In this document: piece by piece, positions 12,901 to 25,400 of the stretch
Numbering within the stretch: the first letter of the stretch is position 1
Layout of the letters: each line of letters begins with the position of its first letter
Source: Monocercomonoides exilis PA203
Taxonomy: Eukaryota; Protista; Preaxostyla
NCBI GenBank assembly: GCA_001643675.2
Contig: LSRY02000013.1
Span: forward strand, 1-64,000
Length of the DNA: 64,000 nucleotides
Direction: 5' to 3'
Program-made: the position numbers and the translations under genes
The notes under the pieces: generated by a model
Databases searched by the model: none
Told to the model about the DNA's origin: nothing
What the model saw: only the letters and a program-made list of their open reading frames with translations

Positions 12901-13394
12901 TCAGATTCTCCATTTTTGAATCGAAAAGTGGTCGTGGGTAGGGAGATTGATGTTTAAACGGTCTGAGATGTTTCAAAGTCGGCTGGGGTGGAAGTGTCAT
13001 TAGCTTTGTGGTGAAAAAATCAACAACTGGCACGTCATCATTTTCAAAAAAAATTTGTAAGCCAAGATGTGATTGAATCTGTTTTTTGTTCATTGTCTTT
13101 TTCTTCATCAGAAATATCTTCTTTTTCTTTTTCTGCAATTTCTTCTTGTTCAGATGAGGAGCGAAGCATTGAAGCGATGGCTATTTCATCGTAAATTTGT
13201 TCTGAAGTGCTAATTCGTAAAGGTGAAGAAGGAATAGGAATTAATGAAGAATTTGAAGGAGATAAAGGATGTGAAAAAGGAGATGATGGTTGTGTAGATG
13301 GTGGAGGAGAAAAAAATCCCGGCCTCGTTGGAGAAAGAATTGGTGAATTTGGAATTGAAACTGGAGGAATGTCATCATAATTCCTTTCTCTCAT
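9986..13394 (-). pseudogene. Tyrosine recombinase (Crypton/DIRS-type YR) with long low-complexity N-terminus and C-terminal Myb/SANT domain; one frameshift and three in-frame stops
   Basis: ORFs 13044-13394, 12590-13138, 11609-12538, 11033-11608 and 9986-11029 join into one frame: a 1-nt shift in the A8 run (13046-13053), then TAG (12590-92), TAG (11609-11), TAA (11033-35). YR motifs: LSTGARAH (R, 11198-11200), FGFHSLRSG (HxxR, 10835-10846), VGNW, QWNYVK (Y, 10712-14). Myb-like KKWTPEEDKILLQL...GRSDNCCRDRIRNIL at ~10073-10207. Confidence 0.88.
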
Positions 13395-14212
13395 TTTTTT
13401 AACATTTCCTGAAAATATTCACAGAGAATAAAATGAATTAATGTATAAATAGATTTTTCAATAAAAAACAAACTTTTGGCATTCAATCCAGAAACACTTT
13501 GAATTAAAAATAATTGTCAAATAAATTAGTTTAAATTGGTGAGAATAACAACTCAAACTATTTTTGCTTTGTTTGTAAAAAACTTTTCATTGCAAATAAC
13601 AATATGAAGATGGCTTTCGAATTGCAGGGAATAAAACTAGTTTTCAAATTTGTGCAAGATTTTAAACCAGTCCGAACCATTAATTGAAAGATTGTTTTTT
13701 TATTTATAAAAAAAAGGTATTTATATTGTTTTTTATTTGTTTTCAACTGTTTTTGTTTTTGAAAGATAATAAATTTGAGAGTGTATTTTGCTTGTTTCGC
13801 GCAAAATTAAAGAGAAAAAAAGAAGTTTCGATTATGAAATGAAAATAAAATAATAATAATAACTCGTAAAATCCAAAGTTAAGAATATTAAAGAAATTTA
13901 CAGATATGAAGTTGTTGTTGTTCAACTATTGCATTTTAGGCGAAAATTTTAAAAAATAATGTGATAAGAAATAACTGTTATGTGATTGTTTTATATCAAA
14001 AAAATAAATTATTTTTTTTATTGTCGTTATATGTCAAAAATATTTATGAAACTTTACAAACTTGACATTATTCCATTCTTGTGATATCAGAACAACTTTT
14101 TTTCGTAAAAATTCAATACGTATTATGTTTGTGATCAAAAAAATTGTTTTTTTGTAAGTATTCGAAATGATGTTTTCCATATAAAAAAACGAAAAATAAT
14201 GATCAAAAAAAG

Positions 14213-14598
14213 TATACCTCTGTGACATGACAAGAGAAAATTGAAAAAATGACAAAATGACAGACAAGATAATTATGATTTGTCAAAAAGGGTTATTGAT
14301 GACGATTTCATAATTCTTAATTACTGTAACAATTAATTTGCAAAATTTCATGAAATAATTCTTATCATTATGAAATTATCAAATTTTTTATTAATGAAAT
14401 CAAGTTTGAAATATTTGTTTTATTTGACACGAAACGTCAGTTGAGGAATATTTTTGTCACAATTTGTCATTGACAGTCATTGACGGTCACTGACAAAAAA
14501 GAAAAAACGACAAGATATTACAGATGCAACCAACAAATCTTTTCCATAGTGCTTTGAAAAGTCTTTCGAAGGTTTTGCAGTAGTATATTTTAAATTAA

Positions 14599-14655
<57 letters not shown>

Positions 14656-14700
14656 CGTGACAGACGAGGCTTCAAGTTATTTGTCAGGTCACAGAGGTAT
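14213..14700. mobile_element. MITE family T, copy 1 (488 bp)
   Basis: TIRs ATACCTCTGTGACATGACAA / TTGTCAGGTCACAGAGGTAT (19/20). Flanked by direct repeat AAAAAAAG (14205-12, 14701-08). Internal poly-T. Homologous over its length to 39376-40146 in inverted orientation. Confidence 0.88.
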
Positions 14701-17700
14701 AAAAAAAGCAGTAAAGGGCAAAAATAGACAAAATCGAAAAATGATCAAAAATAAAAATGTCAGGGTTATGACAAACGCTAATTCCACCACATTCCATAAC
14801 CCTTACACTTATTGTTATTGCACATAAAAAACATTTCAAAAATTGGGAAAGGAAATAATTATATTCAACATTATTTCTAAATTGGACAAACCGATCACGT
14901 TCAAAATTGGTGCGTATATACATTATTTGATAGTTCATAATGTATTGCATTTTGATTGGGATCTGTAACATTCATGAAAAGCAATGACTGAAATGATCCA
15001 AAAAAGCAGGTTATTTTCAATGAAAAGATAATAGTTTATTCACACCAAGTTTGGTACAGCGCGCAAGTGGTTTTTCATCCCTTCTACAGCCTCAGCATTG
15101 CATTGGGAACGTTTCATGAATTTTTGTCGGAGTTTCGTAAAAAACTTTATTTGCGATCAAAACATTGATAACAATTTTCATAGGAATTTTTTGATCAAAA
15201 CTTTTCATTGAAATTTTTATAAAAAAATTTTTTCTCCACAACTACGAATAACTGATTGGAGATTTTTGGAGCATATGTTACATGTGTGGAGGAGTTGCAC
15301 ATATATTATTTTCTACAAGATCCTAGACACATGTTGGAAAAAACATTGAATTATTTCTTGATTTTTCCTGATGGAAAAAACAAAAAAATCCATGGAATAA
15401 CGAATAACTATTTGAAAACCCTGGAAAAAATATATATTCTGTGCATGATAATAGTGCATCGTTATGACATATTTGTAAATAGTTTCAATGTGCAATTGGT
15501 TTGAAAAATATTATTAATAAAATTCAGTTATAGGGAATTTTGATATTTTTTTGATTTTCCCGTAATTTGAATGTTAAAAATTAAGTCTTAATACAATGAA
15601 AAATCTTCTTTAGTTGGACTAAAATTGTCTTTTAATTCTTTTTTAATAATTTCATGGAATTCAAAAATATTTGCACGAATTATCTGTTTTATAAAAAAAT
15701 TGTTTAATAATTTTCTTTTTGTTTATTTATCAAAAATTATTTTTGCAAAGTTCAAAAGTGCTTCATGCTCGTCGTTTGAAGCAGAAGCAATTGCGGCATA
15801 AGAAGAACGACTCATGCAAGAAGAAACCCAGTGGACTGAAGATAGCAAAGAAGATGAAATTCCAACTAAAAGAAAATTTTCTGGTTATTTTTAATTTTTT
15901 TTTTTCAAAGAATTAAGAAAACAAATGTCTTATTAATATTTACCAGATAATTCAACTGCGCCAACATTGATAGATGATGAAAAAGAAGATTCAGATGTGA
16001 CACTGATTGAAAAAGAAACAGAAAATGAAAAAGAAAAGGATGATGAAATTGATAAGTTCGGAGCAAAGAAAATAGTTAAACCTAATTTCGAAAAAGAAAG
16101 AAAAAACAAAAAAGTTCAATTGATTGTTCCACCAGCCACGGAACTTTTGGAAAGCTCTAAAGCGGTTAACAATAATGAAAAAGAAATCGAAAAAGATGAT
16201 GTCCAATTTTTGTCAAGAATTGCGTTGAAAATGACAGTAAAAGAAAAGAAACTCATCGGACAGAAAAAAGTGTAAACGATGAAAGAGTGGAAAAGAGAGT
16301 TCTTTAAAAAGGCTGAACAGAAATGTTCCCAAAATGGTTATAACGATGAATATTCATTGAAGAAGAAATGAAAAAACTTCGTTGAGGGATAAATAGATAT
16401 TCTTTAATCATTTTTTCTTTCATTTCTTTCATGCGAAAATGTCAAAAAATTTTTTTATATAGAAAATTCATGAACACAATGATTTCCATAAATTCTTCCC
16501 TTTTAATTGCATAAACATGACCAATTTCTTGAGATATTTATAAATCAAACAATTTTCACTCTAAAATTTCAGTTTCGCAATATCCTTTAACGAAACAACA
16601 AAAAATCAAAAATTAATAATTTTACAATGTTTTCTTCAAGTGTTTGTTTGTATTTTAAATAAAATGAAAAAAATAAAATGAAAAATAAAAAATTAGAATG
16701 AAAAATGCCTTTTTCAAAGAAAAACTCAATTAACTTTTTAAAGAATATCTTTATCTTCTCATGAATATTAAATGAATATTGTTTGAAAATGTATTTTTAT
16801 TAATTCCATTCATTTTTGCATTTTTAAAACATTCATAATAAAAATTCCAAAAATATTATGCCCCGTAATCCCTTCTCATCAAATTTAAATTTTGATCAAA
16901 AAACCATAAATAAATAGAATTGCAAATCAACAAATTATTGTTCAAATAAGAAACTAACCTCAGCTTTGCTTTTCAAAATTGTTGTTCTTGAAATAGAATT
17001 TCTTTTCAATTTTTTTCTTCACATTTTCTATTTATTGAAAGAGAATTTTGAAGAAATTTCGTTAATTGTTCTTCAAAGTAAAATTTCATGAAGGATAGGC
17101 TTTGTAGAAGTTTGAAAATACGAAAATGAGGTTTCCAAGTATTTCTTCCTTTTGTTATTTGCTTTTCTTTGAATTACAAAACTCCTTGATTGAAAAGAAG
17201 TTGAAAAATTCTCATTGAATTGCAAACTTTGATGCAAACTCCTTATAAAAACTGCTTCTTTCACTTCTTTCCCTTTCTTCTTCGCATTTGCTGCATTTGT
17301 GTGTGCTTCTTCTATCGATTTCGCATACTTCATTTCACTTCCATTAGATACTTTTATCTTCGACTGAGTTGTTGAATTTTCACAGGAAAAATACTGTTCA
17401 GAAAGATGGTATTAAACTCTTAATAAATATTTTATGAGTTAATTGAAAAAGAAGATGATGATTCAATGAACTAAATAAAGAAGAAATGAATCACAAAACT
17501 AATTTGCTCTTCAATATGACATTTGTGTTTCATTAACTGAGAATTATAAGTCTATCGCTGTGACTGTATTTGAAGCTGATGCTTCAGTAATTTATTCTTT
17601 CTCTTTTTGCTCTGCATATTCCGCCTGTTCGTCTCCGAAGCATTAGCCTTATGTTGTCAGAATCTTCACTTATCTGAATAAAACGGATTCATATTGCAAC

Positions 17701-18297
17701 GCTTATCAAATTCAACAGCTTCATTCGGCAAACACGCTTTCAACTTATTCTTTTTCCTTTCATCTTATAATAATTTTCTATCATTTTCCAATTCTTCTTT
17801 TTTTTCCTCTTATTTTTTCATCTTCTTCCATTTCCTCTTGTTCAGCTGTATGTTAAGATTCTATTCCACCAATTTCAAAGTTATTGTATCCACTTTAGAG
17901 TTAATAGCTTTTTTTTTCCTCATCCATTGCCATCAAATGAAGCATCAAGTGAATTCAAACAAGAACGGGCGAATGCAGAAAAGGATAAAACAGAAAAGGA
18001 TTTGGAACAAAAGGAGAAATTGAGAGGAAGTTTAAGTGAAGAATATGAAGAGGAAGCTTGTTAACGAGTAGAAAGAGGTTCAGTGCATTCCATTCAATGA
18101 ATCGCATTCTTTGTCGCTTTCAATCTGAAACGAAGTGAATCCATTTTTTCCTTTTCCAGCTTCTCTATTCTGGAGTGATTATGCATTTGTCCTCTTTAAC
18201 ATCTTCGCAAAATGTTCATTTTTGTTCTGTATCAGCCTCTTCTTCATTTGTGTATATCTACATGGTTATTTTAAAGTTAGTCAATGAAGTTGTCAAA

Positions 18298-18477
18298 GAA
18301 GAAGAAGAAGAAGAAGAAGAAGAAGAAGAAGAAGAAGAAGAAGAAGAAGAAGAAGAAGAAGAAGAAGAAGAAGAAGAAGAAGAAGAAGAAGAAGAAGAAG
18401 AAGAAGAAGAAGAAGAAGAAGAAGAAGAAGAAGAAGAAGAAGAAGAAGAAGAAGAAGAAGAAGAAGAAGAAGAAGAA
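18298..18477. repeat. (GAA)60 microsatellite followed by AAG/GAG-rich low complexity to ~18585
   Basis: Perfect GAA run read directly; it produces the poly-E/K/S/F ORFs in the track. Confidence 0.97.
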
Positions 18478-21006
18478 AAGAAGAAGAAGAAGAAGAAAAG
18501 GAAGAAGGAGAAGGAGAAGGAGAAGAAGAAGGAGAAGGAGAAGAAGAAGAAGAACAAGAGAAAATAGTGAGGAGAAGAAGAAGAATGCGAAGATTCCATC
18601 AGCATCTTTCACGAAAGGTTGGATTTTCTTAACAAAGAAAAGGATAATGAAGTTGTTGCTAATGCAGATGTTGATGATGATTGTGTTTTATCATTCTCTT
18701 CATTTCCTTTTTTCCCATCTTTTTCTTTCTTCTCCTTGCTCTCGTTCTCACATGGAACTGACGCTTTGAAGCGTTTCTTTTATTCCTCTTGTGAATTTTC
18801 TCCTCTTTTTGTTTGCAACTTCATGGCAACTCCACACAAATGATGCACTTGACAAATTAATCACAATATCATCTTCATCATCATTGTTATATTCTTTTTC
18901 TTCTTCCATTCCTTTTTCTTTATCTCTTTCTTTCTCTTCTTCTCCTCTTCCACTTTCTTCCTTTACACCACTTTTTTTTGAGTTTTCTTTGAAAAACCAG
19001 ATTTCTTTCATCATCATCAGCAGCAGCAGCAATATCACTTTTTTGATTCTTCTTTATTGATGAATGAAATCAAACTTTTGTCTTTCTTCCCCAAATTCAT
19101 CGACAAATCAGCAATATCTTTTTTCTCTTTCTCTTCGTCTCCTTCTCCTTCTCCTTCACTTCCTTCACTTCCTCTTCAAACGGACTGATAACTCTGACCT
19201 CTTCTTCCCCTTCTTCTTCTTCTTCCCCTTCGCATGTGCAAGCAGACTCAGCTGAATGCAGTAGCATTTCCATTCTGTCAATGAGTCTTCTCTCCATCCA
19301 GCTGCTGTTCAGCATTGTTCTGAGCGATTCAACAATTTTGATGGAAAGAAATAAGAAAGACACATCCAACGGCAGATGCTGTCAAAAAAAACACAGGCCA
19401 ACAAATACGATGAGGATGAGTGTCTTCGCAAGTTACTGCAAGTTGCTGACATTGAATTGATAAGGATCTGCAAGACAAATCCGTTTTTGAGTGAAATATA
19501 TTTAAAAAATTCGCAAAATTAACCAATAAATTTTCATGGAAAAGAACACAAATAAAAAGAAGAATATGAAGTTCCAAATGAGGCAATACCATTTTTCAAA
19601 AAAATTAAGATTTTCTTCTCGCCCCTCTGATCGAAGCAGTCTGCCTTTTATCATTTCTTCTCAACCATTTGTTTTTTATTTGCAAAAGTCAAAAGAACTT
19701 CTGTGCAACACTAAAAATGAAAGAAAAAAAGAGATATAATAGAAAAGAAAAAAATTAGAAATTATCATTGAAAAAAAGTTTGAGTTATTTTATTCTTGAT
19801 CTCTTTCTTTCTTTCTTTTTCTTTTGTTAATTCTTCTTGGAAAAAAAAAAAACATTGCAAATGCAACAAAAAATTGGTAGCACACCTAATTTTGATCAAC
19901 TATTTCTATCGTGGTCTGTTCTGTCTTGTCAGATTCATTCCGGCATCGTTCAAATTGTTTCCGCCTTTGCCTTGAAATCCACGCTGAAATTGGCGAATCA
20001 AAAACAATCATCAAAACAACCCAAATGATGACTTTCAATAAAATGCAACAAGTGTCTTTATAGAAAAATACTTACCAAGCGGTTACACCACTGAACGATT
20101 AAAATGTTGAAATGAACTCAAAAACTCGGTTGCTATTTGATTTCGATATTGCAATAATCTCCCTTTATCTTCTCAATTTTTTTTCCATCTTCGCTCAGCC
20201 TCAAAGCCTTTTGTTATAGAATCTCTTTTAATGCCCGATCAACAATGCAGCCCAATGTTGTCTTGATACAGTTCCTAAGATATTCAGTTATCATGTTTCA
20301 GAGCTTCAAAAAAATGTGAATTGACGAAAGCTTGATCCCCTCCATCAATCCTCCTTCATCCTGAACAACCCACTCAAAAAAGGAACTAATGATAAAAGTA
20401 TCCTTATGATCTGTAGCTTCACTCAACATATTAATTTTGAAGCAACCACAGAAGCCAGTAAACGCTTTGATAAAACATAAAAAATCATTTCGATGAAGCA
20501 AAGCCTCAACATAACTCTAAATGTGAGTGTCAAAATTGAAATACTTATGTTTGAATTTTAAATTAAAGGAGCACTGAAATATATGCACGATTAATGAACA
20601 AACTGTTGCTTTTTTGTCTCTTCTTTGTTTTGTTCTTCAAAACAATTTATTGCCTCCTCTTCATGAGGCCCAGAGTATTAAAATAGATATTTTTTTTTAA
20701 TAATCAATTCCAGACATGTGGGATACTTTCCGACATGTTCAAGTTTTCATTCGAAATTCTATCCATTTCGATGAAATGAATTATTGTTGGTTCGATCAGA
20801 CAGAAATTAAACTCTTTTGTATTTGAATTGATACAGACTTTCTCGTGGCTTCTTTGTGATTTCTTTTTTAACATATAGTTTTTTAACTAGAAAAAGGAAT
20901 TGGGTTTGTCCTTTATCTTTCTTTGTCAATCATGAAAGATGTTTTCTGCTTTTTGTGATATTTTCATTGAATGTGATGCTTTGTTTCAAATTGATCTTTG
21001 AATGAT

Positions 21007-22452
21007 ATGAGCAGAATGGAAATGCACAATAAATATAAATGCACTGATAATACTCAGGAGCTTTCACTTGCAGACAAGTTTTCAAGTTTGTGAATTTTTT
21101 CTATTTTTTGAATGTTCAGGGCTTTCTGTGATTAATAAATTAATTGAAGATTTGTTTTCTGAACTGGAGCATTGCATTGAAGATGAAAAAGGAAGGAAAA
21201 TTGAAGAAATGAATGAAATAATTGATGGAATGAATGAAAATGCAATTCATCGGACTGTCACAAAAGATTTGTACGACAAAATGGACAAAATGATTGAAGA
21301 AAGGAAAATATCAATGGAAAATGTCATTATGCTTCTGAAGCATGTGGGATATTGCGGAATATTGAATAAGTTATGGAATGATTACGTTGATTCGTCTTCG
21401 CTAAACAAAAGATTTAAGAAGATGATTTTTGAAGAAGAGAAGAGAGAAGAAAAGAATGAAAGGCTTCTTGTTGATCTGTGCGAATGCTATCTTTTGCTTG
21501 GCAACCAGTTCAATTCAGAGTTGATACCTATTTGCATGTCATGCCTTTTTAAAGTTGCATTGAACAAACAGGAAGATGAAGAAACACAAAAAGAAGTGGA
21601 AATGGCTTTGCTGGCTTTGAGACGCATTTACACGTTTCAGGTTTGAGCATTTCTGTTTTGTTTTTGATGTTATTGATTTTTTCCGATTTTTATTAGAAAA
21701 TGGAAAAAGAGCTGTATTTTAATGAGATCAACGAGATTATCCAACATCATCAGGAGCATCACAACTTAACCCAGCTTGCATATCAGTCTGCTTGGGGTTT
21801 TTTGATTTACCGACTTCGGGCTGACAATAGCTTGGAAGAAGTGATTGTGAATGAGCTGCATTTTGGAAGAGAAGCAGCAAGAGAATTGGAAGAATTGTCG
21901 AATTGTGTGGATTGGAAGAGAAAAGAAGAAGTAAATGGAAGAATAGAAGTGATGATAATCAGGAGATGGCTCAATGAGGTTTATGATTTCTTCGATTCAA
22001 GCATATTGTGGAACGAAGAATTTGCTGGACTCATTGGCAGCATTGTTCAAGTATTTCGAGCATCAAGGGACAATCACAAAGGAATTCGCTATGGATGCCT
22101 CTATTCACTTGAATATGCGGCAGAAAAGAGAAATATGGAAATTGATGCTTTCGTGAAGGAAGGTGCTGTTGATCTCTTTTTGGAGGAAATGAAGCAATCA
22201 ACTTTGAAAGATAACATTATAAGATATTTTTTGAATATCCTTTTGAATTTTTCAAGGCAAATGAAAGCCAAGAAGAATAATGAAATGGAAGAAGCGAAAA
22301 GAAAAGAGTTGAAAAGGAAATTATTCGAAATGAATGAAGAAGAAGGATACGAAGATACAATCACATGCTTTCATGGAATATTTTCTTTTCTATTCAAAAA
22401 TGGTTGCAATGTATTATCGTTGGATGTTTCTGATTATCTTGTCAATGTCTAA
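21007..22452 (+). CDS. Lineage-specific helical hypothetical protein (expanded-family type), 3 exons
   Basis: ATG 21007 and GT-AG introns 21086-21149 and 21641-21696 join the two ORFs in frame (MSRMEMH...DKFS/NLFSELEH...TFQ/KMEKELYFNEI). Ends TAA. Resembles the large Monocercomonoides hypothetical family as I recall it (KIEEMNEIID, LLVDLCECYLLL, EVEMALLAL). Confidence 0.8.
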
Positions 22453-25400
22453 CAGAGAGAAATGTTTCATCTTTTGTAACTCAAAAATATTTTATTTTTT
22501 CTTTTTAATTGGTTGATGATTCTTCAAAACTTTTGACATGTTTTCTTTATTAATGAGGTTTTTTATTTCTCCAAGATTATCTGACCATTTTTCAGATTGT
22601 TCTGTGAATGTTTGAGGATTTGAGATGTTCTTTATTCTGTGAATCAAAATTTTTATTTATTTTTTACTTTCAGCGTCATATCACAATTCGACAAGCCTAA
22701 AATGAGTTTTACAGCTTTGTTTTTCATCATTTCGCAAAATTACAAAAAAATGGATTGAAGAATTTTTATTAATGTTTTATCGCCTTTTTCAAATAATAAA
22801 TAATCAAAAAAAATCCATTATTTTTTTATCACCATCAATAACAGTCATTGAATGAATATTTGCATCATATCTTTTTCAAGTCGAATCATTTATTAAAAAA
22901 ATGAACTGTTCTGTTATTTCCTCTTGAAACTTCAAGTTTCCTTTGATTTTTTTCTTTCTCTTCGCATTCTCGATGAATTCGAGAAGTGAGAGGCGAAATG
23001 CGATATGAAAACTCTTGAGAAGAATGAAAAGGCATCAATGAAGAAATGTTTGTTGAAGAATGCAGACATCAGCTTGGTGATCACCAAATGCAAGAATAAA
23101 CATGGATGAAAAAGAAGCTGATCCAATGCTTCAACTCAGAATGGGAATGACAGGACAAGTCAATCAGAATTAATTGCTCTTCAAATTCTTCTCATTTTTG
23201 TTCAGTTTTTCATATCTCTGAATTCTTTTCTTCCCCATAATAGCCCTTTCGTTTTTCTCTTCGTTCCTTTCATCTCTTCTTCTTGAATAAGGACACTTGT
23301 CTCATTCATTTCATCTCAAAATGGAATTTTTCAAAACATCTCTTTAATTCCATCTCTTTCTCTTTCTCTTCCTTTTTCTTTCATCATTCTGTTTTCTTCT
23401 GCTTTTTCCAATTGATGGAGAAAGAGAAGACACCTCACTCACATTCTTTTCTCACAATATCATCCAAAAGTTTAGCTCCAATTGTATTTTCCCTTCAGCT
23501 GCTTTGTTGCCACATAAATAAATATTTCTTCATACATCAATCATTTTCGATCCTTATTCTATTTCCTTGACTGATCTCTCTTAATCTCTGCTCAAAATTA
23601 TTCTTTTCCTTTCTCTCTTCTTTTCATCTCCATTTTTCTTCAATTCATGAAATGTTCTTAAAATCTATTCTTCCAAACCCCCTTTTTTCTCAAGCCCAAT
23701 ACAAAAACGATGCATTCATGAAAATATCAAACTTTTCATTTTTGGTTGCTGAGAATGAATTGAAAAGACGCAGCGAATGAATTCACAACTTTTATGCAAA
23801 TGATTGATGTGTTCAATTGAAAAGTCTTCCTTTGCCTTTTCTCCTCCATTCTCCAATTTTTCTGTTTTAAAAGACACTCAAAATGCAGATAAAGAAAAAG
23901 AAATTCTGTTTGAAACTATCATGCTTTTTTTGATGGCGATGATAGAAGAACAAAAAGAACGAAGAAATATAAGGTGTTGAGTGTTTTATGTTTGTTGATA
24001 GTTTGTTGTGAAGAATTTGAAACAAAATGAGTTTTTGGAAAAAGGTGATGAAGAAGATGAACAATGATGATTTTGATCGAAAGAGATGAGCTTCAAGAGA
24101 GATGAACAATGAACGAGAAATCAGCAGCAGAATTGACAGAAGGATGAAATGTTGAAGAATAAATCAGTGAGTGGGAGAGTTTATTGAATTGCCGAAGAAG
24201 ATGAAGAAGAAGATTTTGAAGAAACAAATGCCATTTGATATTCAATGTCTGCCTTCTGCTTCAAGCATCCCACAAATTGAATTGTGAATAAAATAGTTGT
24301 TCTGTCAGAACATGATAATAATTCTCCAAAAATACACTCATTGAAAAGAAAGTGCCAAATCCATTTCTGTGAAAGTGACTTGTCTCTCTTTTCGGTTGGA
24401 CTGACTTTCTTGTCTTCTCTGCGTAACTATTTTATTCTTTTGTCATCTTCTCCTTGTTTCATTCATCTGTGTTGATGTGAATGTCAGAAACGTTTTCCAA
24501 AAAAGAGTTAACAAAATAGATGTCTTTTCGAGCAATACTCAAAAAGAATGGATTTTAATCAGATTCGCTCAATTTTCGCTTATTCCGCATCCCAAAGAAG
24601 GAAGAAGATGAAGACGAATCCAAAAAATTACTTAAAAATGTTGCTGACTCAAAAATATGAAGAAGAAGATGAGCAGATATTGAGAATAAAATTCCTCTCT
24701 CTCTTTCTCTCTCTGCCGGAGTAGCTTGTGATGAAGTTGAGCCGTGTGAGAAGAAGTCTGCCGTATTTCCAGAAGAATACTTAGCAAAACAAAAATCACC
24801 AAAATTAACAGCGCTGTATATAAAACATATTGTGCATTACATGAAACGATCATTGACCATTGAAATGTTTCTGTTGCAACTGGAGCTCTATCAGATGAAA
24901 TGATGCTGATGAATGCGAAATCTTCGACAGATGAATTTTCACAACGTTTTCCTGTCGATTCAGCTGAACGTGCAATTTTTATTCGCTTTTTTCATCCCTT
25001 TGTCTTCTTACCCGCTTTTGTGTTCATTTGCATCAGCTGAAATTGTTGTGTTTCCTTTCTTTCTCCCTTCAACAACAATAATGCCTGCTCTTTCTTTTCC
25101 TCCGTAAAATATCTCCACTTGCACCATTGGAATGGACAATGACAGATGATATTCTCCAATCTGTTGCTTCACCTGGAAAAATTGATGCTGCATCCCATTC
25201 GCATGAAGGCCGAGTGAACCATCCATCCAACAATATATGTCTCAGTCCTTCTTCTCTTTAACTCTCTCTCAATTATTCATCTCGAACAGGACGTCTTCTT
25301 CTTTCTTTCTAAAATATTAATAAAAAAGAAGTGATGTTTCCTTTTGGCCTTTATCCGTGTTCAAACAAAAGATTCTTCTGCTCCGCCTGGCTGAAAGAGA

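Noticed and set aside
9986-13394. DIRS retrotransposon or Polinton/virophage assignment for the YR
   Set aside because: No RT/RNase H, pPolB, capsid or packaging ATPase motifs nearby; no split or inverted LTRs found.
15035-15340. Faint JmjC-like wording (FGTARKWFFIP, YYFLQDP)
   Set aside because: Fragments are short, in broken frames and lack the HxD/E...H metal ligands; not supportable without a profile search.
18175-18769. Poly-E/K/S/F ORFs
   Set aside because: By-products of the (GAA)60 microsatellite, which lacks stops in all frames.
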